Shown here one piece after another: positions 50,423 to 59,584 of a stretch of DNA of 64,000 nt. A model generated the notes under the pieces. It was not told where the DNA came from and ran no database searches. It worked only from the letters and a program-made list of their open reading frames with translations. How positions within the stretch are numbered: position 1 is the first letter of the stretch; each line of letters begins with the position of its first letter. The stretch is from NCBI GenBank assembly GCA_037132335.1, contig JBAXPJ010000003.1, positions 38,297 to 102,296 on the forward strand, written 5' to 3'. The stretch is from Sediminibacterium sp. (lineage in GTDB: Bacteria > Bacteroidota > Bacteroidia > Chitinophagales > Chitinophagaceae). A program made the translations under genes and the position numbers.

Positions 50423-52783
50423 TTATCGGCCCGATAAAATAACTAGTTTGGTCATCATTTTTTCTTGGCCTAATTCGTCTCTTACTAGCACTAAGTAAAC
50501 GCCACTTGCAACTTTATTGCCCAAGTAGTTTTTGCCGTCCCAAATGGCTTGACCGCCAAGTGCCCGTGTTTGAAAAACGAGTTGTCCGTTAAGTTCGGCA
50601 ATTTTAACTAGTGCATTATTACTAAGCCCTCTAATAGCAATCGTTCCGTTGTAATTAGGTAACACAGGATTGGGGAATACCAAAATATTATTATTGGTTT
50701 CTGAAGGCTCGGTGGCCGTGCTTCTAAAACTACAAATACCATAATTGGTTGCAAAAAAAACTTCGCCATTAATTGGGTTAATGGCTATTCTTTTTACATC
50801 ATTTCCTAGCAAGGGGCTATTATTTTCTGTAAACTGGTAAATGATTTTATCTCCATCAGGCGAAATTAACCAAACCCCATTTTTTGTTCCAACCCATTTT
50901 CTATTGGCGCCATCCACAGCAATGCATTGAACAATTTCATTATGAAATAATAGCCCTGCAAAACGATCTTGTTGTACAATTGGCAAGAGCGCATCACAAC
51001 TACTGCCAGAGAAAGCTTCAGTGGCACATTGTATAATGCCAATCCCATTATTAGTGCCTATCCAAATAGATCCATTTTTATCTTTCGCCAAACACAATAC
51101 CGTATTGCTTGGCAAGTTTCCATTACCAGAACCAGCTAAATAGTTTTTCCATTTATCATCTGTTGTGGCTAGTAAATTATTACCATGGTTATAGCAAAAA
51201 ACACCATTGCCTTTGGGGCTTACAATCCATAACTGATTGGCATCATCAATTACTATTTGACTTACCGCATTTTCGGTATGTGTAAAAGGAATGGAGAAAG
51301 ATGCCCATGTACTATCTTTTAATCGAACTTGTAAATTTTTTGCTGCACCATAATTACTAATCCATAAATTATTGTCTTGGTCAAAAGCAAGGCCACTAAT
51401 ACGGTAACTAGTTGGGTCGCCAAGTGCTGGTTGAAGTGTTGAATTTTTTTGTTTATAAATGCGAATATTATCGCCAGCTTTATTGATTAATCCGCCACCA
51501 TAGCTACCCGCCCAAATGCTTTGGTTAGTAGGGTCAACGGCCAGTGTAATAAAGTCAAATATCGAATCTAATTGTGGGCTGTTGTAATAGTTGGTATTGC
51601 TCCAATTGTCATCGGAATGCTTAAAAAAACCATCCCTATTATACTGATAATTCCATGCATCATTAATACTTCCTGCTGCTGCATATAAAGTAGAACGACT
51701 AAACACCATATCTCCACTTGCAATACCTTGAGGTCCATTTGGAATGAACTGTTCTACAGCATTATTAAATAAAGAAAGTCCGCCATAAAAATCGGCTATC
51801 CAAATATTGGTTCCATCTTTCAGTGCATTTTTGGGATACGAAATCACGCCAGGTTTAGAAAGTGTTTGATTGATACTACTATTTTCATCTATCACTATTA
51901 CACGCGCCGCACCATTTGATTTTCGCTGGCTAATTTGTAAATAATTTCCTGAACTATTGGTATTTAATATAGGCCATGTTGGATCTGTATATAATAAAGT
52001 CCATTGTCCATTTTTTTGAATAAATAAGGAATCATTTTTTTGAATCACTAAGTTTTTATTCAAAACCAATACTTGCTGAACAACTCCCATACTTAATCCG
52101 CCAATTCCATTCATTAATTGCCAACTACTATAATTTGATATTGTTGCTGATTTTACATCCGCTTTTTTTAGTCCTTCTGTTGTAGCCGCATAAAAAAAAC
52201 TACCATCGCTAGTAAAAGCATTTACATTAATCTGAGCGCCATTGTTTCCAATAAACCAGGTGTCTTTAATTTCATACTTATTTAAGTCTGCAACAATTAC
52301 GCCCAATCCTGTAGACAGATAGGCAAAGCCATTGGCGCAATAAATTTGGTTGATGGTTTTATTTCCAGCTATCCCCGATCTTTTTATATCCCCTATATTT
52401 TTTACTAGACCATCCTTAAGTACATCAAGATTGGCATTATTGTAGCCAATAACTAGTTGTTGTGTAGTAGCGTCATAGTCAAGTGCTTTTACGCCAATAT
52501 CATTTAACCCAGTTATTTTACTGTAACGCGTAATTCCATCAGTAGCATCCACCGAAAAAATAGCATTCTGGCTTGCACAGTAGATTTTATTTCCCTTAAC
52601 TACTTGAATAGCTTGTTGATAAGAAAGGTGTTCTCTCCAGCTTCCTATGGGTGTTAAAGGATTTTGAGCAACTACACTGGTAATAATTAGGCAAAAACCC
52701 AACAATAGGCCTATATTAAGGCCTGAATAGTTGAAAAATCGCCAAAAATGAACAGTAATTTGCGGTAATCTGACACGGAACAT
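50423..52783 (-). CDS. porZ: Type IX secretion system surface component PorZ
   Basis: PIGSWREHLSY N-terminus, two beta-propellers, VDGANRKWVGT, T9SS C-terminal domain (VFPNPV...WDGKN..G.KVASGVYLV); start uncertain. Confidence 0.85.
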   Translation of the reverse strand: MFRVRLPQITVHFWRFFNYSGLNIGLLLGFCLIITSVVAQNPLTPIGSWREHLSYQQAIQVVKGNKIYCASQNAIFSVDATDGITRYSKITGLNDIGVKALDYDATTQQLVIGYNNANLDVLKDGLVKNIGDIKRSGIAGNKTINQIYCANGFAYLSTGLGVIVADLNKYEIKDTWFIGNNGAQINVNAFTSDGSFFYAATTEGLKKADVKSATISNYSSWQLMNGIGGLSMGVVQQVLVLNKNLVIQKNDSLFIQKNGQWTLLYTDPTWPILNTNSSGNYLQISQRKSNGAARVIVIDENSSINQTLSKPGVISYPKNALKDGTNIWIADFYGGLSLFNNAVEQFIPNGPQGIASGDMVFSRSTLYAAAGSINDAWNYQYNRDGFFKHSDDNWSNTNYYNSPQLDSIFDFITLAVDPTNQSIWAGSYGGGLINKAGDNIRIYKQKNSTLQPALGDPTSYRISGLAFDQDNNLWISNYGAAKNLQVRLKDSTWASFSIPFTHTENAVSQIVIDDANQLWIVSPKGNGVFCYNHGNNLLATTDDKWKNYLAGSGNGNLPSNTVLCLAKDKNGSIWIGTNNGIGIIQCATEAFSGSSCDALLPIVQQDRFAGLLFHNEIVQCIAVDGANRKWVGTKNGVWLISPDGDKIIYQFTENNSPLLGNDVKRIAINPINGEVFFATNYGICSFRSTATEPSETNNNILVFPNPVLPNYNGTIAIRGLSNNALVKIAELNGQLVFQTRALGGQAIWDGKNYLGNKVASGVYLVLVRDELGQEKMMTKLVILSGR

Positions 52784-52793
52784 TCAATAAAGT

Positions 52794-52841
52794 TAGTGAT
52801 TACCACAAAATCTTGTAGGGATTTTCGCCTTATCCCTACAA
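52794..52841. promoter_or_regulatory. Candidate regulator binding sites / inverted repeat
   Basis: TTGTAGGGAT-N9-ATCCCTACAA (52813-52841); related boxes TAGTG-N5-CACAA (52794) and TAGGG-N5-CGCCT (52816) 22 bp apart. Confidence 0.4.
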
Positions 52842-52883
52842 AAAATGTATGAAAGTTGTTACAAGGTTCAATTGTAGAATTTT

Positions 52884-52891
52884 TATCTTTG
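52884..52891 (+). promoter_or_regulatory. -7 promoter element (TATCTTTG) with no downstream protein gene
   Basis: TAnnTTTG consensus facing a terminator about 200 nt away. Confidence 0.55.
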
Positions 52892-52896
52892 TTCTA

Positions 52897-53115
52897 TAAA
52901 TCGATTAGAAAAGTATTTAATATAAAACAAAAGATAATATCCCCCCGGATGTTATTTTTAACGCTTTACTAGTCAGATGGCCTATAATAAAAGTCTTTTT
53001 TTAGGAAGCTAACCAAAAAATTGATTAGGTCAGAAACTAGTGAATTGATGGAAAAGCAATTAGGGGTGCTCTCCATCAATAAATTAATCCTCTCCTTTCT
53101 AGGAGAGGATTTTTT
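52897..53115 (+). ncRNA. Putative structured small RNA (about 220 nt)
   Basis: Promoter element, three successive stem-loops and a U-tailed terminator; only tiny ORFs (7 and 11 aa) fit inside. Confidence 0.45.
53086..53115 (+). terminator. Intrinsic terminator (possibly bidirectional)
   Basis: AATCCTCTCCT-TTCT-AGGAGAGGATT followed by TTTT. Confidence 0.8.
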
Positions 53116-53170
53116 ATGTCTATACTTTAAGGCATTCTAGCAATAGATTAATTCCCAACTCCGCTGACTT

Positions 53171-53821
53171 TTAAATTTCAATCAATTTGTTGCGAATAGC
53201 AAACATGGCTAATCCAGTTCTGGTTTTAATGAGTAGTTTTTTAAACAAGTTGTCTCTATAAGTATCAATGGTCCTTGGACTTAAATTCATTTCCTCTGCA
53301 ATTTCTTTATACGTTTTGTCGGTACACACATGGTGAAGAAAACTGAGTTCATTAATAGAGAGTTGGTGAATAGGAGAAATTGAAATATCAGCACTATCAG
53401 ACTTATTAATATAGTGAATCATTCTATTACTCACTAGTTCGTTAATAAAGTAACCTTTGTCTCTAATGGCATTCAATGCTCTTTTAAAATCTTTTGGATT
53501 ACTGTCTTTTAAAATATATCCGCGTGCGCCATTTTTTAACATCCTAATAATGGCACCATCATTTTCAAGCATTGATAATACAAGCACTTTTGTGTCGAGT
53601 AAATTTAATTTAACCCAAGCTGCAGTTTCGTAACCGTCCATAATTGGCATGGTAATATCCAATAGTAGAATATCTGGAGGTGGATTTGATCTTAAATAAT
53701 TGGTTAATGATTTTCCATTATCTAATGCTGCTATTACTTGGTATTCTTCAAACCCATTAATAATAGCGCATAGCCCAGTGCGGAGTAGTTCGTGGTCGTC
53801 AACAATTGCAATAGTGGTCAT
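53171..53821 (-). CDS. NarL/LuxR-family response regulator
   Basis: IVDDH, LLDITMP, GARGYILK, TYKEIAEEMNLSPRTIDTYR. Confidence 0.93.
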   Translation of the reverse strand: MTTIAIVDDHELLRTGLCAIINGFEEYQVIAALDNGKSLTNYLRSNPPPDILLLDITMPIMDGYETAAWVKLNLLDTKVLVLSMLENDGAIIRMLKNGARGYILKDSNPKDFKRALNAIRDKGYFINELVSNRMIHYINKSDSADISISPIHQLSINELSFLHHVCTDKTYKEIAEEMNLSPRTIDTYRDNLFKKLLIKTRTGLAMFAIRNKLIEI

Positions 53822-53831
53822 AATATTGGGG

Positions 53832-54614
53832 TTATTTTTTTATTTCAATAAGAATATTAGTGCCTGTTGGTTTATTTGAGTGTATAGTTACAGTAGCATT
53901 AATCATTTTGGCACGTGAAAAAATATGACGTAACCCAATACCTTTTTTTTGGTGTAATACCGCTGAAATATCAAATCCTTTGCCATCATCTGATACAGTT
54001 AACAAACATATTTTAGGGTCAATCATTTTTATTGAAATGGTTATTTGTGTTGCATTTGCATGTTTGATAATGTTATTTAATAATTCTTGAATCATTCTAT
54101 AAAGAATTAAACTATTATCTGTAGAAATAAAATCTAGTATTGATTGATTTGCTATTAATTCGGTTTTAAATTTGCCTGTTTTTTCAATTTGTTGCAATAG
54201 TTGACTTAATGCTTCAATAATACCTAGGTCTAATAGAATTGAGCTATTTAAATTATGACTTAAATGGCGTAAATCTCGAATAGCTTTTCCAAGCAAGTTG
54301 TCTATTTTATTTAATGTTTCTGATGGAGTTGACTCAGCTAAAATGTTTAAATTAATTCGAGTTAAACTTAAGATTTGCCCAATATTATCGTGAATCTCGC
54401 CGCTGATATAATTCAATGTATTTTCTTGAATTTCCAATTGCGCTTGTAACATTGTTTGTTCAAACTGGTGTTTCATTTCTTCTTTTTCTAACTTATTTTT
54501 TCTTTGCTTTTGATAAAACATAAAAACGAGTAGCAAATAAAAAATGCCAATCAGTAAAAAGAAAAGCGTTGCAATAACAATGGTTAGTAATAGGTCTTCT
54601 TGTTTCTGTTGCAT
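53832..54614 (-). CDS. Sensor histidine kinase (HisKA_3) with one TM helix and no sensor domain
   Basis: EIHDNIGQIL H-box, QELLNNIIKHA, DDGKGF, GIGL. Confidence 0.9.
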   Translation of the reverse strand: MQQKQEDLLLTIVIATLFFLLIGIFYLLLVFMFYQKQRKNKLEKEEMKHQFEQTMLQAQLEIQENTLNYISGEIHDNIGQILSLTRINLNILAESTPSETLNKIDNLLGKAIRDLRHLSHNLNSSILLDLGIIEALSQLLQQIEKTGKFKTELIANQSILDFISTDNSLILYRMIQELLNNIIKHANATQITISIKMIDPKICLLTVSDDGKGFDISAVLHQKKGIGLRHIFSRAKMINATVTIHSNKPTGTNILIEIKK

Positions 54615-55237
54615 AAAATAAATGAAATACTAAATGATGTGTATAATACCATATTCAATCCTCTTGTGATTAATAAGTAAAGATTATTGCCTCTAGATAA
54701 TAATTCATTACTCAACATATATTCAAATAGCGAATTAATTATTACTGATCCTAAATAGAAAAGGAAAATGCCAATACAAATCCAAAAAAATGGTTGATTA
54801 AAAAGGTTTTCATAATGCGTATCGTTTATTATTAGTTCATAGAGATAAACACAACAGAAAATCACCATAAAAAAGGAACCGAATAAAAGTGTATAGGTAT
54901 GAAAATGATCTGTTCCTTGCAGATAGGTATAGTTAAGTATTGATATAAGCATCAATAAAGGGATAAAGTAAAAAGCAATTTTTTTTAAAATGGCATGTTT
55001 AAAATGTATTGAAAATAAATAGGCATAGAAAATAAGTTCAAAGCTTGTAAAGAGATTAAATAGCCAGTAGTTTTTATTTGCTATTTGAAAGAAATGGTAA
55101 CACCACCCAATAAACTCAATCAATACAGTTAAAAATAAGAATGGCACGAATATTACAATGGCTGCATTTTTTAGTTGCTTAAAAAATAATATAGATAATG
55201 CAAAACTTAAAAATTCAAAGTAAAAATCTAGTGACAT
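54584..55237 (-). CDS. Polytopic (about 7 TM) membrane protein, putative sensor partner of the kinase
   Basis: About 7 hydrophobic segments, NYWLFN and PFFWICIG..FY motifs; overlaps the kinase start by 31 nt. Confidence 0.75.
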   Translation of the reverse strand: MSLDFYFEFLSFALSILFFKQLKNAAIVIFVPFLFLTVLIEFIGWCYHFFQIANKNYWLFNLFTSFELIFYAYLFSIHFKHAILKKIAFYFIPLLMLISILNYTYLQGTDHFHTYTLLFGSFFMVIFCCVYLYELIINDTHYENLFNQPFFWICIGIFLFYLGSVIINSLFEYMLSNELLSRGNNLYLLITRGLNMVLYTSFSISFILCNRNKKTYY

Positions 55238-55247
55238 AATTTTTTAA

Positions 55248-55739
55248 TTAGGGATACAGTTGGCCATGATTTAAATACTCTAAACAATCAGTTGTTGATT
55301 TTGAATGAATCATTGCTGTTGAATGGTTGTTTTGAAAAGAAAGGTCCCCGCTAAAAAAAATAGTGTTTCTACCTATTTTATTAGGGTCTGTACTTGTTTG
55401 TTCTGAATATTGGCCAAAGTTTACATAAACTTCTTCTTGCTGGTTGTTACTAGAAAGCATGTTTAAATAGGCCGATAGGTCCTTGATTTTAAAACTTACA
55501 AATTGTGTTTGTGTTTGATTTGGTTGGCTTTGTTGATAGGCCTCAAATAAAGCTGCTGCATCTGATTGATTAATCAGCCCAAATGGTTTAAGTGCCGCTT
55601 CGTAAGTAGTGGAATTTTTAGCGGCTTTTAATGATTGTTTTGCAAAAGGAATTTCTGGTGTTTTTTGACAAGCGTTTATACCCAATGAAAGACTAATCAC
55701 TACCATAAATTGCCAACTATTGTTGTTGTTCTTGACCAT
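55248..55739 (-). CDS. Hypothetical lipoprotein ending in LNHGQLYP; putative signal precursor
   Basis: Lipobox-like INAC; first gene of the 4-gene two-component cassette. Confidence 0.65.
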   Translation of the reverse strand: MVKNNNNSWQFMVVISLSLGINACQKTPEIPFAKQSLKAAKNSTTYEAALKPFGLINQSDAAALFEAYQQSQPNQTQTQFVSFKIKDLSAYLNMLSSNNQQEEVYVNFGQYSEQTSTDPNKIGRNTIFFSGDLSFQNNHSTAMIHSKSTTDCLEYLNHGQLYP

Positions 55740-55921
55740 CTTAGTTTTAATTTATCTTCTAAGATATTAGTTTATTACATATTTAAATTAATCTAATTTG
55801 ATTAATTAGGAAAATAAACCGACAAAAAAATTATATTAAATTGATTTACAACTAGTTTTAACTAAAAATAATTTAATTAAATCGTGAAAATGACGAATTA
55901 GAGTTATTTAGGCTTTTTCTA

Positions 55922-57124
55922 CTAATTAGAGGATGCTTGTTGTTTGAGGTAACTAGTAATGGTTTTGAAGTTAACTATAGCTATAACCAATAGCAATAAT
56001 AGGGCTGTAAATAAGGTATAAAACGAAGGGAATGAGCCAATAAATATCTGCTTTTGCGCTAACCAATTTCCTAGAAAAAATTGAGCAATGCCTATAGCAA
56101 TAAAAGCAATAAAAACAATGATAATATTGGGCGGAAAAAATCGCTTCATTAAAAAAACACGTAATTGTTTTGGCGAAGCTCCTAACACCACCAATAATTG
56201 AATTTCATCTTTACAAGAAGCGATGGTTAATTGAATGAATAGGGTAAATATTAGAAGTGCAAATGCTAATAAAAGCACCCCCGTTATAGCAGAAATATTT
56301 ACCACATATCCTACAATTTGGCGGTACCTACTAAAGCGCGTTTTTTCGGCATCTGTAATTAATCCGTTTGACTGAAGGTATTTTTTTAGTTCTGGATTGC
56401 CTGGGTCTTTTGTACGCACAACAACCCTTGAAGGTTTGTTGTTGCCATCCATTGGGGCAAAGTGTTTATTCGCCCAGTCCATAAAGTTCTGGGGTACCAT
56501 CATTGATGAAATGCGATTGCTTAAACCAACAACCCTACCTTTCATTTCATAAGGAGTTCCATTGCCTTGTAGTGTTACTTTAAATACTACCATCTTAACC
56601 ACCTGTGGTGTTAATTGTGGTAAGTTTTGCGAAAAAGAAAATTGAAAATTATAAAAATCTAAAAATTGATTGGGAACAATAATTGGAAGAAATGCCGATG
56701 ATTCATCCCATTGCCAATCTTTATTATTAATGTCAATGAATTCTGCTGGAACACTCTCAAAAGCAATATCTGTATAAAAAGGAAATCGCTCACTATTGCT
56801 TTGAATAGATGCTTTGAACCTACTAGGCGTTAAACTTCCAACGGATTCAAAAAAAGGTTGTGCTTTAATATTGGCAATTTCTTTTTCCGACAAACTACTT
56901 GCGCCTACTGTTTCTTTGGTCAGTTCTTTATTTAGTACCAAAAAATTAGCAACACTATCTTGGTTGTTTTTGCCGTTTAATAATTGGTAATAATTTACTT
57001 GCAATTGAACTGCCATCAATAATAAAACAATGGCTACCGATAAACCCACCAATGCCATTACAAATCGTGCTTGACCTGCACTATTGTGAATGAGTTTATG
57101 GAGTAATCGGTTTAGTTGATTCAT
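55922..57124 (-). CDS. ABC transporter permease (FtsX/MacB-like)
   Basis: N-terminal TM, large periplasmic domain, EIQLLVVLGAS plus three C-terminal TMs. Confidence 0.8.
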   Translation of the reverse strand: MNQLNRLLHKLIHNSAGQARFVMALVGLSVAIVLLLMAVQLQVNYYQLLNGKNNQDSVANFLVLNKELTKETVGASSLSEKEIANIKAQPFFESVGSLTPSRFKASIQSNSERFPFYTDIAFESVPAEFIDINNKDWQWDESSAFLPIIVPNQFLDFYNFQFSFSQNLPQLTPQVVKMVVFKVTLQGNGTPYEMKGRVVGLSNRISSMMVPQNFMDWANKHFAPMDGNNKPSRVVVRTKDPGNPELKKYLQSNGLITDAEKTRFSRYRQIVGYVVNISAITGVLLLAFALLIFTLFIQLTIASCKDEIQLLVVLGASPKQLRVFLMKRFFPPNIIIVFIAFIAIGIAQFFLGNWLAQKQIFIGSFPSFYTLFTALLLLLVIAIVNFKTITSYLKQQASSN

Positions 57125-57772
57125 TTAAAGAAAATATTGATGGGAATAAATAAAGTGGTTGTCTGCTTCTAAGTCTGCAATAATTAATCCAGCTTTTTGT
57201 GCCTTACATTCACTATCAATCAATGCTACAGCTTTTGCAATATTGCTATCGTCTAAATGACTAAATGGCTCGTCCATTATTAACCACTTAAAAGGTTGTA
57301 CCAATGCCCTTAATATAGCTATTCTTTGTTGTTCTCCAAAACTGCAAGTGCCTGTTTTTTGTTGTAATAATTGCGTAATACCAAGTGCCTCAGCCATCCA
57401 TTCAATTTTTTCTTTTGAACAGTAATTAGGAGATAGCAAACGTTTCAGCTCAATATTTTCAAAAGCCGATAAATTAGGAAACAAACGTAAGTTTTGAAAT
57501 ACCACACTTAATTTATGTTGCCGCATTTTGGCTAATTCGTCTACAGAAATATTTTGTAATGATTTTTCATCCATTAAAATACTGCCAGTATAGTCTTTTC
57601 TAATGCTATACAATGTATTTAATAAAGTAGTTTTTCCTGTTCCGCTTGGGGCTTGAATTTTAATGTATTCGCCAGGCAATAAAGTTAAATTTGTATTCCA
57701 CACGTTGGATGTTTTGTGCAGCAAACGGTCTTTTAGCACAAAGGGAACAACTTGCTTTAACTCAATACGCAT
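57125..57772 (-). CDS. ABC transporter ATP-binding protein
   Basis: APSGTGKT, signature CSFGEQQR, IMDEPFSHLD. Confidence 0.9.
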   Translation of the reverse strand: MRIELKQVVPFVLKDRLLHKTSNVWNTNLTLLPGEYIKIQAPSGTGKTTLLNTLYSIRKDYTGSILMDEKSLQNISVDELAKMRQHKLSVVFQNLRLFPNLSAFENIELKRLLSPNYCSKEKIEWMAEALGITQLLQQKTGTCSFGEQQRIAILRALVQPFKWLIMDEPFSHLDDSNIAKAVALIDSECKAQKAGLIIADLEADNHFIYSHQYFL

Positions 57773-57791
57773 GGCTATAAATTGTATCCAA

Positions 57792-59516
57792 TTAATTGGT
57801 TCTAATAATGGATGGAGCTCCTGAAATAAATTTATCTTCTAAGGCCCGGTCTGCTTTTGCCGCTTCACGCATATCTGTTACTATATCAGAAAATAATGCA
57901 GCAAGTGTTACCAGGCTATTTTGTTTTTGATTATTTAATCGAATTTCTAATTTGCCATTTACAGATTTGCCATCGAAATTTTCAGAACTAGCCATCATGT
58001 CTTTGAAAGTGGTTTTAGCAGTAATCATAGAGTTTTTAAATCCGCCATTTGCCCTAGGTAAATAACTAGCAATGGTATTAGCAATATCAAAATAAGCTAG
58101 GGTTGATTTTCCTTTAAATTGATTGAGTGCGTCATTACTAATAACAGCTTTGTTTTTATTAGATACATACTGTGTATACGTTAATGAGTCACTAGCAATT
58201 ATAAAATTCTTTTCATCTGCCACTAAATACATGCCCAAAAACGATAATAATTTGCCGGCTTTAAAACTGTTACCATTTTTAGTAACATAACCAAGTTCGG
58301 TGGCTTTTTTCATAATTTTTGTAAAACTTATAGCATCTCCAACTGGGGCATTAAAAACCATTTTTCCAAATGAACTGATATTAAATTGGCCGGTATTTTT
58401 TAAATCTGTTTTATGATTTTCTGCTTTGCCTAAATCGGAAATTACAACTGCAATATCTCCTTTTAAACATTTGTATAATTCTTGTGCGCTAAATCCTGTT
58501 TTTTCCATCAATCCATTCACCAAATTGTCTACTTCTAATTCTTTTAATAGGCCGCCAAATATTTGTGGATTAAAAGAAGCGAGCATAATCAGATTAATAT
58601 TCTCAGAAGGGTAGTGGTCAATTAAAGAAAGGTTTACAGTTGGTCCTGCATATTTTTTTAAAATAGAACTTAATAATGGATTGGTATAAGTACGTGTAGT
58701 AGCCACTATTTTACCATCATCAAAATTTAAAGAAGCAGCTAGGTAATTGTCTTTTAATAGTTCTTCTAATTTAGGCAATTGCAATGGCATGCCACTTAAC
58801 AAATTTAAAGTGTTGTTTGAGGTAGTAAAAGCAAAACCATCTGATTTTGTATTAATCAAATCAACAAAAGCGCTAACACTTACAATTGATTCAGATTCTT
58901 TTAAATGATAATAACGATTAACTTCTTTTTTTAACTCAGCCGCAACACTTATTTTTTCTGGCACAATAAACTTCATGGCAACTGTATCATAAACAGGAAC
59001 AATATTGCGTTCATACCTGGTGGCAATAACCGTTTTTTCGTCCCAAGAAATCATACTACCATCACTATTCATTAAATAGGAGTAATTTGATTCGCGTTCT
59101 ATTTTTTTATTCGAGAAATCAGCTTGTTTAATCAAATATGCTTCAAATGTTTTGGCATCTTTTAAACGCCCCATCACATTAAATACATTTGCTTGACTGG
59201 TATTTGGTAGTATTTTATTCAGTACAAAAATGTAAAGTTTTTCATTCCAATTAAATCCAGAACTATCCCTTAATGAAAAGAACTTTGTTTTATTTACCAA
59301 ATCTTCAGCATCTGTTTTAAAAAGTTTATTAATTAAGGTGTCTACATTAATGCCTGCTTTCTCTAATTTATCAGCCATATTCTTTGGATCTACTGCAATT
59401 ACAGCAGTAATATCTTTAGGAATATATTTTGTGTTTTTCACACTATTATTTGAGCAAGCGCTCAATAGAATTGCTACGAGTACGATGCTAATAAATTGAC
59501 TAAAGTTGGTTTTCAT
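57792..59516 (-). CDS. DUF4836-like lipoprotein
   Basis: Lipobox LSAC, YIPKD motif, C-terminal NSLVTL; typical position upstream of this ABC pair. Confidence 0.7.
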   Translation of the reverse strand: MKTNFSQFISIVLVAILLSACSNNSVKNTKYIPKDITAVIAVDPKNMADKLEKAGINVDTLINKLFKTDAEDLVNKTKFFSLRDSSGFNWNEKLYIFVLNKILPNTSQANVFNVMGRLKDAKTFEAYLIKQADFSNKKIERESNYSYLMNSDGSMISWDEKTVIATRYERNIVPVYDTVAMKFIVPEKISVAAELKKEVNRYYHLKESESIVSVSAFVDLINTKSDGFAFTTSNNTLNLLSGMPLQLPKLEELLKDNYLAASLNFDDGKIVATTRTYTNPLLSSILKKYAGPTVNLSLIDHYPSENINLIMLASFNPQIFGGLLKELEVDNLVNGLMEKTGFSAQELYKCLKGDIAVVISDLGKAENHKTDLKNTGQFNISSFGKMVFNAPVGDAISFTKIMKKATELGYVTKNGNSFKAGKLLSFLGMYLVADEKNFIIASDSLTYTQYVSNKNKAVISNDALNQFKGKSTLAYFDIANTIASYLPRANGGFKNSMITAKTTFKDMMASSENFDGKSVNGKLEIRLNNQKQNSLVTLAALFSDIVTDMREAAKADRALEDKFISGAPSIIRTN

Positions 59517-59584
59517 ACAAATACTTTAACAGGTTAATGCTTCTAAGATACCTGATACACAAACGTTTCAAGCAATAATGGTAC

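Noticed and set aside
53048-53140. 30-aa plus-strand ORF (MEKQLGVLSINK...)
   Set aside because: It runs through two strong hairpins including the terminator, so translation is unlikely.
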